A stretch of DNA of 64,000 bases, taken from an uncultured Chloroflexia bacterium. Lineage in GTDB: Bacteria; Chloroflexota; Anaerolineae; CG2-30-64-16. Under the pieces are notes generated by a model, which was given only the letters and a program-made list of their open reading frames with translations, searched no databases and was not told the origin of the DNA. The DNA lies in the NCBI GenBank assembly GCA_963774265.1, contig CAVZDU010000006.1, forward strand, positions 32,001 to 96,000. The letters run 5' to 3'. This document shows, piece after piece, positions 51,695 through 62,600 of this stretch (position 1 is its first letter; each line of letters starts with the position of its first letter). The position numbers and the translations under genes are program-made.

Positions 51695-53363
51695 TCAAAT
51701 GTCCTCGGGCCCCAGGGCCTGCCGGATGTCCTGGATCTTGTGCCAGCGCTCGGGGCTGATACGGTAACCCGTGCCCGGCCCCAAGTAATCGTTCAGGTCG
51801 TTGACCGCGGCGATCACGTTGAAGTTGGCGTCCAGGATGGCGGAGGTGTGGAGATAGTCGCCGGAGACGCGCTGCTTCAGGATGTTGAAGACGTTGTTCG
51901 CCACGTCGACGAAACCACGCTTGGCCAGCGCCTTGGCGACATCAAGCCCTGTCACCGCCCGTGCCATCATCTCTTGCGCGGCCTTGGTGTCTTGCACCTT
52001 ATCGCGCAGCGGCACGTCTTTGCTGCCATGCGCGTAGGTGACGGCCTCGACCTCCTCGTCGGTGATCCTGGGCAGCCCCAGCTCATCGAAGACGGCTTGC
52101 AGCGCCCGCGCGGCCTTGTTGCGGATCGCGATGGCGTCGGCCTCGGCGACGGGAGACAGGCCGCCCTCGAGCTTCAGATCGCGCTGCAGGATCAGGAAGT
52201 CGTCGTAGTCGTCGCAGTCGAAGTTCGACCCGGCGAACATGTTGTCGTAGTTCGGCACGGAGCTGTAGCCAGAGAAGATCAGATCTGTGCCGGGGAGCGC
52301 CTGCATCAAGCATGCGCGCCGTGCGGCGGATGTCGGAGTGCGAGAAGGTCTGGTCGTTGCCCGAGGCCACTTCCAGGTCCAGGCACATGGTGGTCAGGTT
52401 CTCGGCCAGCACTGCGCGGATGCCGCCGGGCACGCCGCCGGGCACGCCGATGCAGCTGATGGAGCCGTTCTGCAAGCCCTGCACGCCGGCGCCCTTGGAG
52501 AGCATGACGCAGCGGATCTCCAGGTAGAGCATCGACTTGCCCTCGGCGTAGGCCATCTGCACTTCGGAGCCGGTGCCCGACGTGAAGCGCATCTTCAGGC
52601 CGCGCGAGGCGTAGGCCGAAGCCAGGAACGCCTTGGACCAGGGGGTGTCGTCGCCGTCCACGAACACCGGCTCGGTGCCGTAAACCGACACCGTTTCGGC
52701 GTAGGCGGTGATGCCGCGCATGCCGAGCTGGAGCTCCGTGGCTTCTTCCAGTGCACACTGCGTGATCACGCCGCCGCGGCCGGTCTGCGAGCCGACGAGG
52801 AGGCCCAGGGCGGTGAGTGGCGCATAGCGCGCCACGCCGACCGTATTCTCCATTTCCGAGAAGCCGTAGAGGCCGGCCTCGGCGCCGTCGGCCGCGATGA
52901 GCACGGGGTTATCCTGCACGTTTGTCACGTGACACTGGGTGGAGGGGGTGCGGCGCGCCCGCATCTTCTGGGCGCCCATCATCATCTCCAGCACGTTAAG
53001 GTAATCCAGCACTTCCGCGATCTTGGCGGCGGTTAGCCCGGAGAAGACCTCGGCCACGCGTGCGCGTGGCGTCTGGATGTCCACTACCATACGGGCGATC
53101 TCTTTGGAGTCAAGCGCCATCATCCGCTGGGCGATGGCCGTATTGATGGAGTAGTCCGCGATAAACCGCTCGATCATGTCAAAGCTGCTGCGCGGGCGGC
53201 CGTCCATCTCAACGATCTTGCCGTTCTCGACCTTGATGCTCGGTGAGGGGTCATTGGGGCTGCCCATGGCGATCATGCCAACCTCGGGCCACTCCTTGAC
53301 GAACCCATCCAGATTCACCGGCCTCTGTTCGAGAACCTCGAATCGCTTATGTCGTCGTGCCAT
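51695..53363 (-). CDS. pduC: B12-dependent diol/glycerol dehydratase large subunit (frameshift ~52308)
   Basis: KRFEVLEQRPVNLDGF; KMRARRTP; HVTN; YAETVSVYGT; DGDDTPWSK; GLQNGS; NDQTFSHSD; SGYSSVPNYDNMFAGSN; GDYLHTSAI; GPGTGYR. Confidence 0.97.
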
Positions 53364-53433
53364 ACTCTTTCACCTCCCGCGTCAAAACGTTTGAACGTGA
53401 CAACGTTCCGACGTTTGAACCTGTTGGCGTCCG

Positions 53434-54237
53434 TCAGATATACGGTACGCCGGCGGGCTTGGGCGTCTCGCCCAGGGTGCCCAGCAGCTTGAAGCCGACA
53501 TCGCGAGCCGCCATCACTGCCTGGCGGACGGCCCCAGCATCGCCGCTGAGGAAGCTGACGATCTCGTTGGTGAGGCTCAGCCCCGACTGCGGGCCGGCAA
53601 CGCCGATGCACTCGACATCGGCAGCCTTCAGCGCCGCATCGACCATCAGCACGCCGATGACCGCAGGTGCACCGACGGTCAGGCCGAAGGCCCGGCCGAC
53701 GGGCGCGTTGAACGCCTTCTGCAGCGCAAAGCTGGCGCGAGCCGTGTATTGGAGCTCGATGTGCCCCGCATCATTGGCGTACACATCGCCGAAGGTGCGC
53801 TTCAGATCCTTGAGCGCCACCTCGACCGCACGCCGGGCATCCGATACCTCTTCAGCGCCGAATATGATCAGGCAGCCGTGACCCGCCCCGCCCTTGGTAT
53901 CACGCGGCAGCTCAATCTTTACGATCTCAGTGTTGGTAGCCTTCACCGCCTCATCGGCGGCCATGATTTGCGGGCCGGCGCCGGTGCGGCCGCCGAAGAT
54001 GCCCACCGACCGGAACCGCTTGTCGAGCCCCAACTTCTCATGGAGCACAGGCTCCAGGTTAGCGATCACAATGCCCAGGGTGTCGCCTTGCCCGATGCCC
54101 ACGAACTCAGTCAGCCCCGGGTTGATCATCGGGCCGGCCGCGGGCGCCGCTGCGGCGGGCGCGGCGGCAGCCGGCGCGCCCGTGGCAATCTGGCGCATGA
54201 CTTGCTGTACGACACGTTCGACGAGATCGTCAGCCAT
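53434..54237 (-). CDS. pduB: BMC tandem-domain shell protein PduB
   Basis: MADDLVERVVQQVM; LTEFVG...GDTLGIVIAN; RTGAGPQIMAADEAVKATN; ELPRDTKGGAGHG; ELQYTARAS; GAVRQAV. Confidence 0.95.
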   Translation of the reverse strand: MADDLVERVVQQVMRQIATGAPAAAAPAAAAPAAGPMINPGLTEFVGIGQGDTLGIVIANLEPVLHEKLGLDKRFRSVGIFGGRTGAGPQIMAADEAVKATNTEIVKIELPRDTKGGAGHGCLIIFGAEEVSDARRAVEVALKDLKRTFGDVYANDAGHIELQYTARASFALQKAFNAPVGRAFGLTVGAPAVIGVLMVDAALKAADVECIGVAGPQSGLSLTNEIVSFLSGDAGAVRQAVMAARDVGFKLLGTLGETPKPAGVPYI

Positions 54238-54271
54238 TACTTTCCTCCTTCATACTGATCGGCCAGCGGCC

Positions 54272-54571
54272 TCAGGCGACTACTTTGCGTTTCGGCAGCA
54301 ACGTCTCGGTGTCCATGTGCGGGCGCGGGATCACGTGAACGGAGACGACCTCGCCCACGCGGCGGGCCGCCTGCGCGCCTGCGTCAGTGGCCGCCTTCAC
54401 CGCACCTACATCGCCCCGGACCATGACGGTCACGAGGCCGGATCCGATCTTCTCGGAGCCGATGAGCTCGACGTTGGCGGCCTTGACCATCGCATCAGCC
54501 GCCTCGATCGCGCCGACCAGCCCGCGCGTCTCGATCAATCCGAGTGCTTCACCATTGCTTGTGTTAGCCAT
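54272..54571 (-). CDS. pduA: BMC hexamer shell protein PduA
   Basis: [26 protein letters not shown]...[25 protein letters not shown]...HVIPRPH. Confidence 0.95.
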   Translation of the reverse strand: MANTSNGEALGLIETRGLVGAIEAADAMVKAANVELIGSEKIGSGLVTVMVRGDVGAVKAATDAGAQAARRVGEVVSVHVIPRPHMDTETLLPKRKVVA

Positions 54572-55014
54572 TGTGTTTTCCTTTCATCTAGTGCTGATTT
54601 GAGCGCATCGATGCCTTCGCCTGAATGCGAAGAGATACAGAAAATCTCGCCGGTCACGCCGATGTGGCGCAGAATTGCGATGGCCTGGTCGGGGCGGGCC
54701 GAAGGGGCATCGATCTTCGTCACCACACCGAGGACCGGCTGTCTAAACATGAGAAAATAGTTGGCCGGGACGAAGCTGTCCGTCCGCGTGGCGTCTTGGG
54801 CCACCAGCAGGAGCTGGGCATCAGCCGCGGTGGACATCAGATGGCGCCGCAACCGGCCCGTCTCCGAGTACTCGCCCGGCGTATCGATCGCCTGGCCGTC
54901 GTACTCGATCATCTGCGTTTTGATAACGGTCTTTTCCTTGGGGTACAGAGCGTTGAGCAGGGTCGTCTTGCCGGCCCCGATGCCGCCCCACAACATGAAA
55001 TGCCACCGTCTGAT
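54535..55014 (-). CDS. pduV: PduV/EutP-family small GTPase
   Basis: [10 protein letters not shown]; KTQMIEY; IDTPGEY; GVVTKID; ISS..GEGI. Start uncertain: ATG 54996 or ATC 55014 behind GGAGG. Confidence 0.88.
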   Translation of the reverse strand: MRRWHFMLWGGIGAGKTTLLNALYPKEKTVIKTQMIEYDGQAIDTPGEYSETGRLRRHLMSTAADAQLLLVAQDATRTDSFVPANYFLMFRQPVLGVVTKIDAPSARPDQAIAILRHIGVTGEIFCISSHSGEGIDALKSALDERKTQWLTQAMVKHSD

Positions 55015-55078
55015 TCGCGACCTCCCTTGGGCTGCCAGGCCAGATAGTCTGAGGCGACAGAAGGGAACGAAAACTCGC

Positions 55079-55429
55079 CTAGCTGCGCGTCAACAACGCG
55101 GGATGGAAGCCGAGCACGTCCTGCAAGCCGCGATTGACGGCCTCCACGGCGGTCTCGACACTGGACAGATCACCGGTAACAACCAGGGTTCCACTGAAAC
55201 GATCGACGAAGCCGATTTCGACGTTTGCGGCTTTGAGTGCAATGTCGGCCGCAATGATGGCGCTCTCGCCAGGGGTGACCGTGAGGATGCCAATCGCATC
55301 CGCCTCTTCAAGCCCGACACGGGTGCAGAGGGAGCGATCAGGATTTGCGATAACATGGGCAATGGTGACCTGCTTGCCAGGGACGTACTCCTGGATAATC
55401 CTGGACAGAGCCTGGTCGTGCTGCGTCAT
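55079..55429 (-). CDS. pduU: Circularly permuted BMC hexamer (PduU/EutS)
   Basis: RIIQEYVPGKQVTIAHVIANP...AIGILTVTPGESAIIAADIALKAA...FVDRFSGTLVVTGD. Confidence 0.93.
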   Translation of the reverse strand: MTQHDQALSRIIQEYVPGKQVTIAHVIANPDRSLCTRVGLEEADAIGILTVTPGESAIIAADIALKAANVEIGFVDRFSGTLVVTGDLSSVETAVEAVNRGLQDVLGFHPALLTRS

Positions 55430-55639
55430 CGCATCCCTCGCCCGTGAAACTTGATCCGATTAATTTTAGCCCTCCGCCGGTGATTTAACAATGGGGAAAG
55501 CGACGTGCGGGGTAGACAAATCTACGCCGGGCGCGCGACGAGAGCCGCCTCCCGGGACGCGTCCGGCAAAAACAATTGCCCCTGACTGGACAAACCTATG
55601 AAAAGTTGATTTTTGTGCAACGAGAGCCAGCACCTTAGC

Positions 55640-56171
55640 TTAGATCGAACGTGCGGGCCGCAAGCCGTAGCTCAGGATTACACCAAGAACAAGCCCCAGG
55701 ATGGTATGCATCACAAAGGACACGCCGAACCACTGCAACGTCTGAGCCGCCGTCCACCTCAACAGGATGGGGGTCGTCGCGAGGAGCGGCTGACTGAAGA
55801 TCTGCACGTACAGAACCGCAACGATGATGCCTTTCCTGAGCGTGTCCACGCGAAGAACGGCGATTTTAGCCACGGCTGCGCCAAGGATCGCGCCGACCAG
55901 CGGACCGATCAGATAGTGCGCGGCCACGCCCAGCCGAACATAGCCGGCTGACTCCATGCCCGGCATAGAGAAGAGCCGCGCCAGCGTCCTTCCGATCACC
56001 GAGAAGCAAGTGAGAGCCGGCAACCCTGCTGCCGATAACACCCCGATCAGGACAATGTCCATGACCAGCGTACCGGCAGCCCCTCCGAACAGCCCCCACC
56101 CCAGCCCCCTGGCGAGAGCCGGCCGCCACCGGCCGGCGCACCCGAGAACCACCCTGCACCATCGTCTCCAT
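55640..56171 (-). CDS. Four-TM membrane protein (frameshift near the start)
   Basis: GGAGG RBS then METMVQGG; continues in another frame as GLFGGAAGTLVMD...HYLIG...MHTILGLVLG. Confidence 0.65.
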
Positions 56172-56416
56172 GTCTGTGCCTCCATGACGGGATGGGATGG
56201 TTTCCACAACAGGAAGTGTGCGGAAACCATCCCACGGGATCTATCAGGCTCGTGCCGCCCTGGCTCCCCGGTCGCGCAGCTCAGCCTGATAGATCCTTCC
56301 AGCCTGGCCACCAGGTGGTGTGCCACCGATGGATGCGTGCGAAGAGCGAATGCGGCTTCGCCACCGCCCTACACCGGACCGGACAATCGGCGCAGCGATG
56401 CAGCTTCATGATTGAC

Positions 56417-56686
56417 TCAACCATTGTAACCCTCCCCTTGATCCATTCCTGGTTCTTTCGTATGGTTCCTGATCACCTGATTCGCAGAGAGCAACGTCAG
56501 GTTCAGATAACTCAGCTTATTCAAGACGCCCAGAAGAGCCGCCTGATCGGCGACGGGCCCGAAGAGAACCATTTCTCCGTTCTCCAACAACCTCATCTCC
56601 AAACCGTCCAGCCATTCGGACCAACGGCTGTTGAGGTGACCTCTGACATGAATCTCATAAGACATCGGACTGTTCTTGTCGGCCAT
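56417..56686 (-). CDS. Small conserved ACT-like protein typical of MalT-regulator neighbourhoods
   Basis: YEIHVRGHL..RWSEWLDGL...LFGPVADQAALLGVLNKL..LNLTLLS. Confidence 0.75.
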   Translation of the reverse strand: MADKNSPMSYEIHVRGHLNSRWSEWLDGLEMRLLENGEMVLFGPVADQAALLGVLNKLSYLNLTLLSANQVIRNHTKEPGMDQGEGYNG

Positions 56687-56707
56687 CGTTCTACCTTCCT
56701 GAGCGAC

Positions 56708-56764
56708 ATTATAGGATTTTCACGCGAGGAAATCATCGACTGAAGGTTGCAGCTGGGGTTGTAG
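56708..56764 (-). promoter_or_regulatory. Activator-dependent promoter with direct repeats
   Basis: Minus-strand TATAAT (56708-56713) with no good -35. Minus-strand CT(A/G)CAACC repeats at 56745-56752 and 56757-56764. Confidence 0.45.
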
Positions 56765-56785
56765 AAGTAGATGTATTTGCCGAAC

Positions 56786-56823
56786 AAAAAGCCGGTCGGG
56801 ATCTGCCATCGCGGCCGGCTTTT
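56786..56823 (-). terminator. Intrinsic terminator after the MalT-like gene
   Basis: AAAAAGCCGG...CCGGCTTTT stem with A/T tracts on both sides. Confidence 0.65.
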
Positions 56824-56848
56824 GGAGGGGAGCGCTCGATGCCCGCGT

Positions 56849-59581
56849 TTATTGGAAGAGATTCAGCTCTTTACCGCGCGAGATTGCCTGAGTCCGGGTG
56901 CTTGTTCCCAGCTTCGCGTAAATATTGCTGATGTGGCGTTTGACGGTTGGCAGGGAAATGACTAACCTGGCGGCGATGTCCTGGTTGGAGTATCCGGCTT
57001 CGACGAGCGCCAGGACTTCCAGCTCACGCGAGGTCAGCGGCTCGATCAACAGCTGAGCGGGAGGGATGGCGCGACCGGCAGCATGACCCATCGCGGACAA
57101 CAACTCCGCTGCGTAGCCGGCCCCAATCAGGTGCGATTTGGCCTGATAAAGCAGTTTCGCCATCGGTTCGCCCGCATCCAGGAAGGTGCGCATGTACCCT
57201 TCTGGCCGGGTGAGCGAGAAGGCCATCTTCAAGGCTGCCAGGGCTTGATCTACCTCCCTCTTCGCCTGGAAAGCAAGTGCCTGCAGGACCAGGGCTTCGA
57301 TCACGCGTGCCGTCCGGCTGGTTCCTTCGAGTTGCTGCAGCAACCAGCGCGCCAGCGCCAGGGCGGCATCGCTGTCATTCTGAGCCAGGTGCAGACGCAG
57401 CAGGATGAGGACCAATGGCTCGAGCTGGTGTGAGATCTTGCCTTCGCGGGGGAGGTTATCGATAGGCACACCACTTTCCTGAACGAGATCGAGCGCTTTT
57501 TCCAGATCTCCTTGGGCGACCCACAGCCGTGCCAGGCCGGACATCACCCAGTCGGACCGCCAGGGAGTGGGTTGGTGCTCACGCATCAGATGCTCGGCGA
57601 CCCGCATGGATTCCCGAGCCTCTTCGGATTGGCCCTGCGCGTGCGCCAGGCTGGCTAGCACCACGTGGCCTGTGGCCTGGTATTCAAGACTCCCCCAGGA
57701 GCCAGACAGCTCGATGGCCTGCCGGGCATACTTTGTCGCGTCGTCCATCCTGTTCCACTCATAGGATATCCTGGCCAGACCGGCATAGACTCTACCGGCG
57801 AGCGGAGAGACGCTGCCGTCCGCCATGTTCACCATCTGCGAGGCCTCGGAGTATATCCTGGCTGCCTGCTGGAGTTTTCCTTGCCCCATCAGAGCATCCG
57901 CAAGATTGGAACTTGCGGTGATGACGACAGATATGTTGCCGGCGGCCTGGCTGACCGACACTGAATCGGCGTAGGCGCTCTGGGCTTCAGCCAGATTGCC
58001 GTTCGTCCAGCTGGCGTCCCCCAGGAGGGAAGATGCGACGCTCCGCAGGCTGCACGAAAAATCGTTACTCGCCGGCAGACAATCCAGTGCCTGGCGGGCA
58101 AGATCCGAGGCGCGGCCCGGCTCTCCCCGCGCATTGGCTCGATGAGCACGAGCGGCCGTCAGGGTTCCCAACATGGTCCGCTGGTCGTCGGTGACTGGCA
58201 GAGGGGAAACCAGGCGCGCGGCAATCTCCAGGGCGCCTTCTGCCTGATCTGCTGGACCGGTAAGGCACAGCGCCCAGGCTTTCTGAATCGCGATCCAGGG
58301 GAGAGTCTGTGAATAGGGCTCAACCGTTTCGATCATACGCAGAAGATTGGTCGCTTCACCGCGCAGGAGTAGCAGGCAACCATTCTGCTCGAGCAGTTGA
58401 GCAGCCCGATCCAGGTCGTTCGCCAGCTGGGCATGCCGGATGGCATCAAAGAGCAATCCGTTTTGCTCGTACCATCGGGACGCCCGACGGTACAGATCGG
58501 GAAGCACACATGGATCAGCCTGCTCCAGGCGTCTGTTGAGCACGTCGGCGAAAAGGTGATGATAGCGATACCAGCGCCTTTCGCGGTCGAGCGGGATGAC
58601 AAACATGTTGGCTTGGTCGAGAGCTTCCAGCATTGCCTGCCCATCGAAAGATTCCACTTGATCCGCATTGACAACGGCCTCGCACAGCGAGCCACACATA
58701 CGGTCGAGAATGGATGATTGCAGCAAAAAGGTCCCCACCGTTTGGGTCTGGAGACTGAGCACTTCCTCGACCAGGTAATCCATGATGTAGTGGTGGCTGC
58801 CGGTGAAAGCCGACACAAAACCCGATACATCCTCCCTGCCTTGCATCGAAATGGCAGCCAGCTGTAGCCCTGCGATCCAGCCCTCCGTCCTGGCTTCGAG
58901 AGCGGTGATCGCATCGCCGGACAGTCTCAGCCCCATCACTTCGTTCAGAAAAGAGGTTATCTCCTCCCGTGTAAAGCGGAGCCGGTCGGCCCGGATATCG
59001 ATCAGTTGGCCGCGGACGCGCAGGCGGGAAAGCGGCAGGGGCGGGTCGGTTCGGGAGAGGATCATGAGGTGAAGCTGGGGCGGCGCGTGGTCCAGCAAAT
59101 AGGTGACTAGCTCCAGAACCGATCGAGCATGAATCGCGTGAAAATCGTCCAGAACGAACACGAATGGGGTCGCGCGTCCGGCGATCTGGTTGATGATGAT
59201 GTTCAGCAACGCGTCGTATGGGGCCGGCTGCATTTCCTGAAGCACGCCCAACAAGTCCAACTGAATCTCGGGGACGATTTTCCGAAGAGCACTGATGCAG
59301 TATTGCAGGAAGCGAATGGGATCGTTGTCGCCTTCATCAAGGGAGAGCCAGGTTGAAGCGACATCGTTTTCAGCCAGCCAGCTGCTGACCAGCGTGGTTT
59401 TGCCGTAGCCGGCGGGGGCAGAAACGAGCGTCAGGCTGCTGTTCAGGGCTCTCGATAAGGCATTGGCCAGCCGGGGGCGGGACACCAGGATTTGGCACGG
59501 CGCCGGGGCATGGAGCTTGGTGACGAGAAGAGTCTTCTCTATCGCATCGCTTTTCTGGAACTCGGGTTCATTGCTTTCCAT
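56849..59581 (-). CDS. MalT-like STAND transcriptional regulator (ATPase, TPR, LuxR HTH)
   Basis: TKLHAP; APAGYGKTTL; WLSLDEGDND; LDDFH; TEGWIAGLQL; WYRYHHLFAD; LTSRELEVL...TVKRHISNIYAKL. Confidence 0.93.
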   Translation of the reverse strand: MESNEPEFQKSDAIEKTLLVTKLHAPAPCQILVSRPRLANALSRALNSSLTLVSAPAGYGKTTLVSSWLAENDVASTWLSLDEGDNDPIRFLQYCISALRKIVPEIQLDLLGVLQEMQPAPYDALLNIIINQIAGRATPFVFVLDDFHAIHARSVLELVTYLLDHAPPQLHLMILSRTDPPLPLSRLRVRGQLIDIRADRLRFTREEITSFLNEVMGLRLSGDAITALEARTEGWIAGLQLAAISMQGREDVSGFVSAFTGSHHYIMDYLVEEVLSLQTQTVGTFLLQSSILDRMCGSLCEAVVNADQVESFDGQAMLEALDQANMFVIPLDRERRWYRYHHLFADVLNRRLEQADPCVLPDLYRRASRWYEQNGLLFDAIRHAQLANDLDRAAQLLEQNGCLLLLRGEATNLLRMIETVEPYSQTLPWIAIQKAWALCLTGPADQAEGALEIAARLVSPLPVTDDQRTMLGTLTAARAHRANARGEPGRASDLARQALDCLPASNDFSCSLRSVASSLLGDASWTNGNLAEAQSAYADSVSVSQAAGNISVVITASSNLADALMGQGKLQQAARIYSEASQMVNMADGSVSPLAGRVYAGLARISYEWNRMDDATKYARQAIELSGSWGSLEYQATGHVVLASLAHAQGQSEEARESMRVAEHLMREHQPTPWRSDWVMSGLARLWVAQGDLEKALDLVQESGVPIDNLPREGKISHQLEPLVLILLRLHLAQNDSDAALALARWLLQQLEGTSRTARVIEALVLQALAFQAKREVDQALAALKMAFSLTRPEGYMRTFLDAGEPMAKLLYQAKSHLIGAGYAAELLSAMGHAAGRAIPPAQLLIEPLTSRELEVLALVEAGYSNQDIAARLVISLPTVKRHISNIYAKLGTSTRTQAISRGKELNLFQ

Positions 59582-59609
59582 GTCACCTCAACTCACCGCA
59601 TGGGATGCG

Positions 59610-62600
59610 CTATCGTCGTATCAGCGGCAGATAGAGAAAAGCCTCGACGTCCAAAGTGGCTGACGCGGTGTTGTTGGTCTGCTCGATCTCCGCGGTATCG
59701 CTGGCGATGGCGGCAACGGTCGTCAGCGTCGTGCCGAGTGCGACAGACGGCGCTACTTGCAGGGTGGCCAGGATCGTAGCCGGGCCGCTCTGGCCGGCCA
59801 GGTCGCCCACATCCCAACGCAGATCGGGTGTCGTGGCCGCGGGTGGCGGGTCCGCGCTGATGAGCGCCAGCCCGGGCGGCAGTTGCAGGGTGACGCGGCC
59901 GGCGCTAGCGGCCACGCCGCCCCGGTTGCCGTAAGTGACCACCCTGACGATCTGCTGCCCCGGCAGGGCCTGGCCCGGGCCGGATTGGCTCACCCAGGCG
60001 TCGGGGTGCGCGGAACCCACCGTCACCTCGTCGAGGGTTACCCAGGCGTGCGCGGCGCCGCCCGCGTCGATGAGCCTAAAACGCAAGGTAACGCTGCGGC
60101 CCGCCCACGGCGTCAGGTCGGCCCAGGCGTGCGTCCACGCATCGGCACCTGTGTTCGCCGAAAACACCACAGTCGGGGAGACGCCGTTGTCCACGACCGC
60201 CTCCAGGCGGCTGTTCGAGGAAGACTCGGCGCCGAAGCGGTGAAGGAACGACAGGGTCGGCGCAGACGCTGCAGGGGGAATCTGCAGGGCTTGTGACAGG
60301 ATCGCCTCCCCTGCAGCGGATGCCGGCGCGGGACCGGCGACCATCACAGTCCAGGTCTGGCCACTCTGTGACACCCACAGGGCGTGGGGTTTTCCGGCGC
60401 CATCGAGCAGAAGCTGCGGCTCCAGCTGGCTGTATGGGCCCTGATAGACGTCAACGGGAAGTGACCAGCCGCCGGCGGGCCCCCTTGCAGCATGGCGGAC
60501 CAGCGAAGCCAGAGAGTTGGCTTGATTCAACTCGCTCCAAAGCACATGAACGGCAAGGTCGTCGCTCACGGCAATGGCTGGCAGCGCGTAGTATGAAGAC
60601 TGTGTACTGGGCGGGGCAAGCCCGACAGGCACGGACCAGGCCCCGTTTACACGCGCGGCGTAACGCATCTGCAGCGCGGACCATGCGGCGTTCCAGACCA
60701 GGTGCACGCCACCCAGCCTGTCCACGGACATTGCGATTTCCCAGCCCCCGCGTGACTCAGTCGGTTTCTCCGTCGAAGTCCAGGACCCTCCGGAAGGCCA
60801 CTGGCGGTACGACACGCCCTCATGGTCAATCCACGCGACGTGGATCGTGCCCTGCGAATCGACGATCAGGTCCGCGTCATTGAAGTTACCCTGCGAGAGA
60901 TTCACGGCCGGCAGCCACACGCCATCCGTCTCGGCCGCATAGAAGAGGTTTGCGTTACCGGTGTCATCTCTACTGCGCCACAGCACATGGGCTCGCCCCG
61001 CGGGATCGGTGGCGATCCGGGTCCAGTTGTCGGTGTCATCGGCAGAAAGCTTTAACTGGGCAGTCCACATACCGCTCGGGTCGCGCTGGCTGAAATACGG
61101 GGGATAGATTCGATTGTATGGGCCCCACTCCTCGACCGACCAGACCACCTTGACCACGCCTCCGGCGCCCATCGCCAGTCCTGCCCCGCTCCCGGCCGCC
61201 TCGGTCCCAGGGATTCTTTCTGAAGCCGACCATCCGGACCCCGCAGGTTTGCGGCTGTAATACAGGCCGCGGGCGCCGCCTCCGAAAGCCACAAGACGTG
61301 GAGGGTTCCCGCGTCATCTATCAGCAGTCGGGGCTGGTCGCCGGCCGGGTCGGGGAGCGGCTCGGGAACGGCCCACGACCCCGCGGGCGGCTTGCTGGCG
61401 GCCATGACGTGGCCGTCTGGCCCGATCCAAATCGCGTGCATGACTCCCGCATAGTCGATAGCGAAGTCCGTGAAGGCGGACATCGCCGGGCTGGCCAGGG
61501 TTGTCGCGGGTCCAAACTGGCTGGATACGGCCCCCAGCACGGCCGCGGAAGCGCCGGAATGTTTGACGGTATTGGTGATGGTTGCGGTCAGGCTCCCGGC
61601 AGACTGCCACGAGTCACTGCCGCTCTCGAAACCCCAGTTTTGTACGACGTTGTCCGCGGGCGGCAGCACCAGGTCCACGGCCGCATCCTCGCCCCCGCGG
61701 AAGGCCGTAGAGGGCAGACTGCCATAACCAGCCTTGCTCCAATCGACGGTGTAGGCATCCGCCACGTCGACCACGTAGGCGGCGTAGACGCCGGCCGCAT
61801 CGCTGGACGCGGCATGCAACGACGCAGGCGCGGTTGTCACCGCCATCCCCGTCACCGGCGCGCCCCGGTTGTCCGTGGCATTCCCCGCGACCGCCCAGGT
61901 GTAAATCATGGTTGTGGCGTCCACGCCGCTTGCGGGCCAGGACTCCTCGTTCCCCGCGTGATCGATGCCGCGCACCCTAAAGCTGCATTGCCTGCCGGCC
62001 CATTCGCTGAAGAGCGCGGAGGTATCGGTTTCTCCCAGAGACCAGTACGTCCAGGCGCCGTTGTCCACGCGGAACTGCACCTCGTAACGTTGAATGCCCG
62101 AACCCCCCGGGTCGCTGCCACTCCAACGGACCGGAATGGGGCTGCGACTGTAGGGCGGCAGGGGCTCGATCGCGGTCTCAGGCGGGAGCGCCTCGACCGT
62201 TGTCCGGGCATCGTAGTCTGCCGGCCAGGCTTCGACATTGCCGGCATTGTCCCTGGCGCGCGACCGGAAGTAGTAGGTGCGTCCCCCGGCGCCCGGATAC
62301 GACGCTGATCGGTCGGGGGTTGCGATCTGCCAGTCCATCCACGCGCCGCCTGAGCCGACCCTGACCTGGACGTCGAAGCTGGCGACACCCGCCGGGCCGA
62401 CATCCGTTCCGGACCAGCTCACAGTGAACGGTCCGGGCGACTGGGCCGGCAGCGGCTGCACGCTGGATGTTGGCGGTTGCAGCTCGGTTGGCTGCCAGTC
62501 AGGGTGCCAGTCACTGCCGTTCGAGCTCAAGCGCACGACACTGCCCGGATCGGTGCGATCCCAGGCATCCAGGTGCCCTGTCGTCCAGTACCAGCTGCCG

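Noticed and set aside
55430-55640. Cobalamin riboswitch upstream of the pdu operon
   Set aside because: No convincing B12-box or conserved core found by eye on the minus strand; an Infernal/Rfam scan would settle it.
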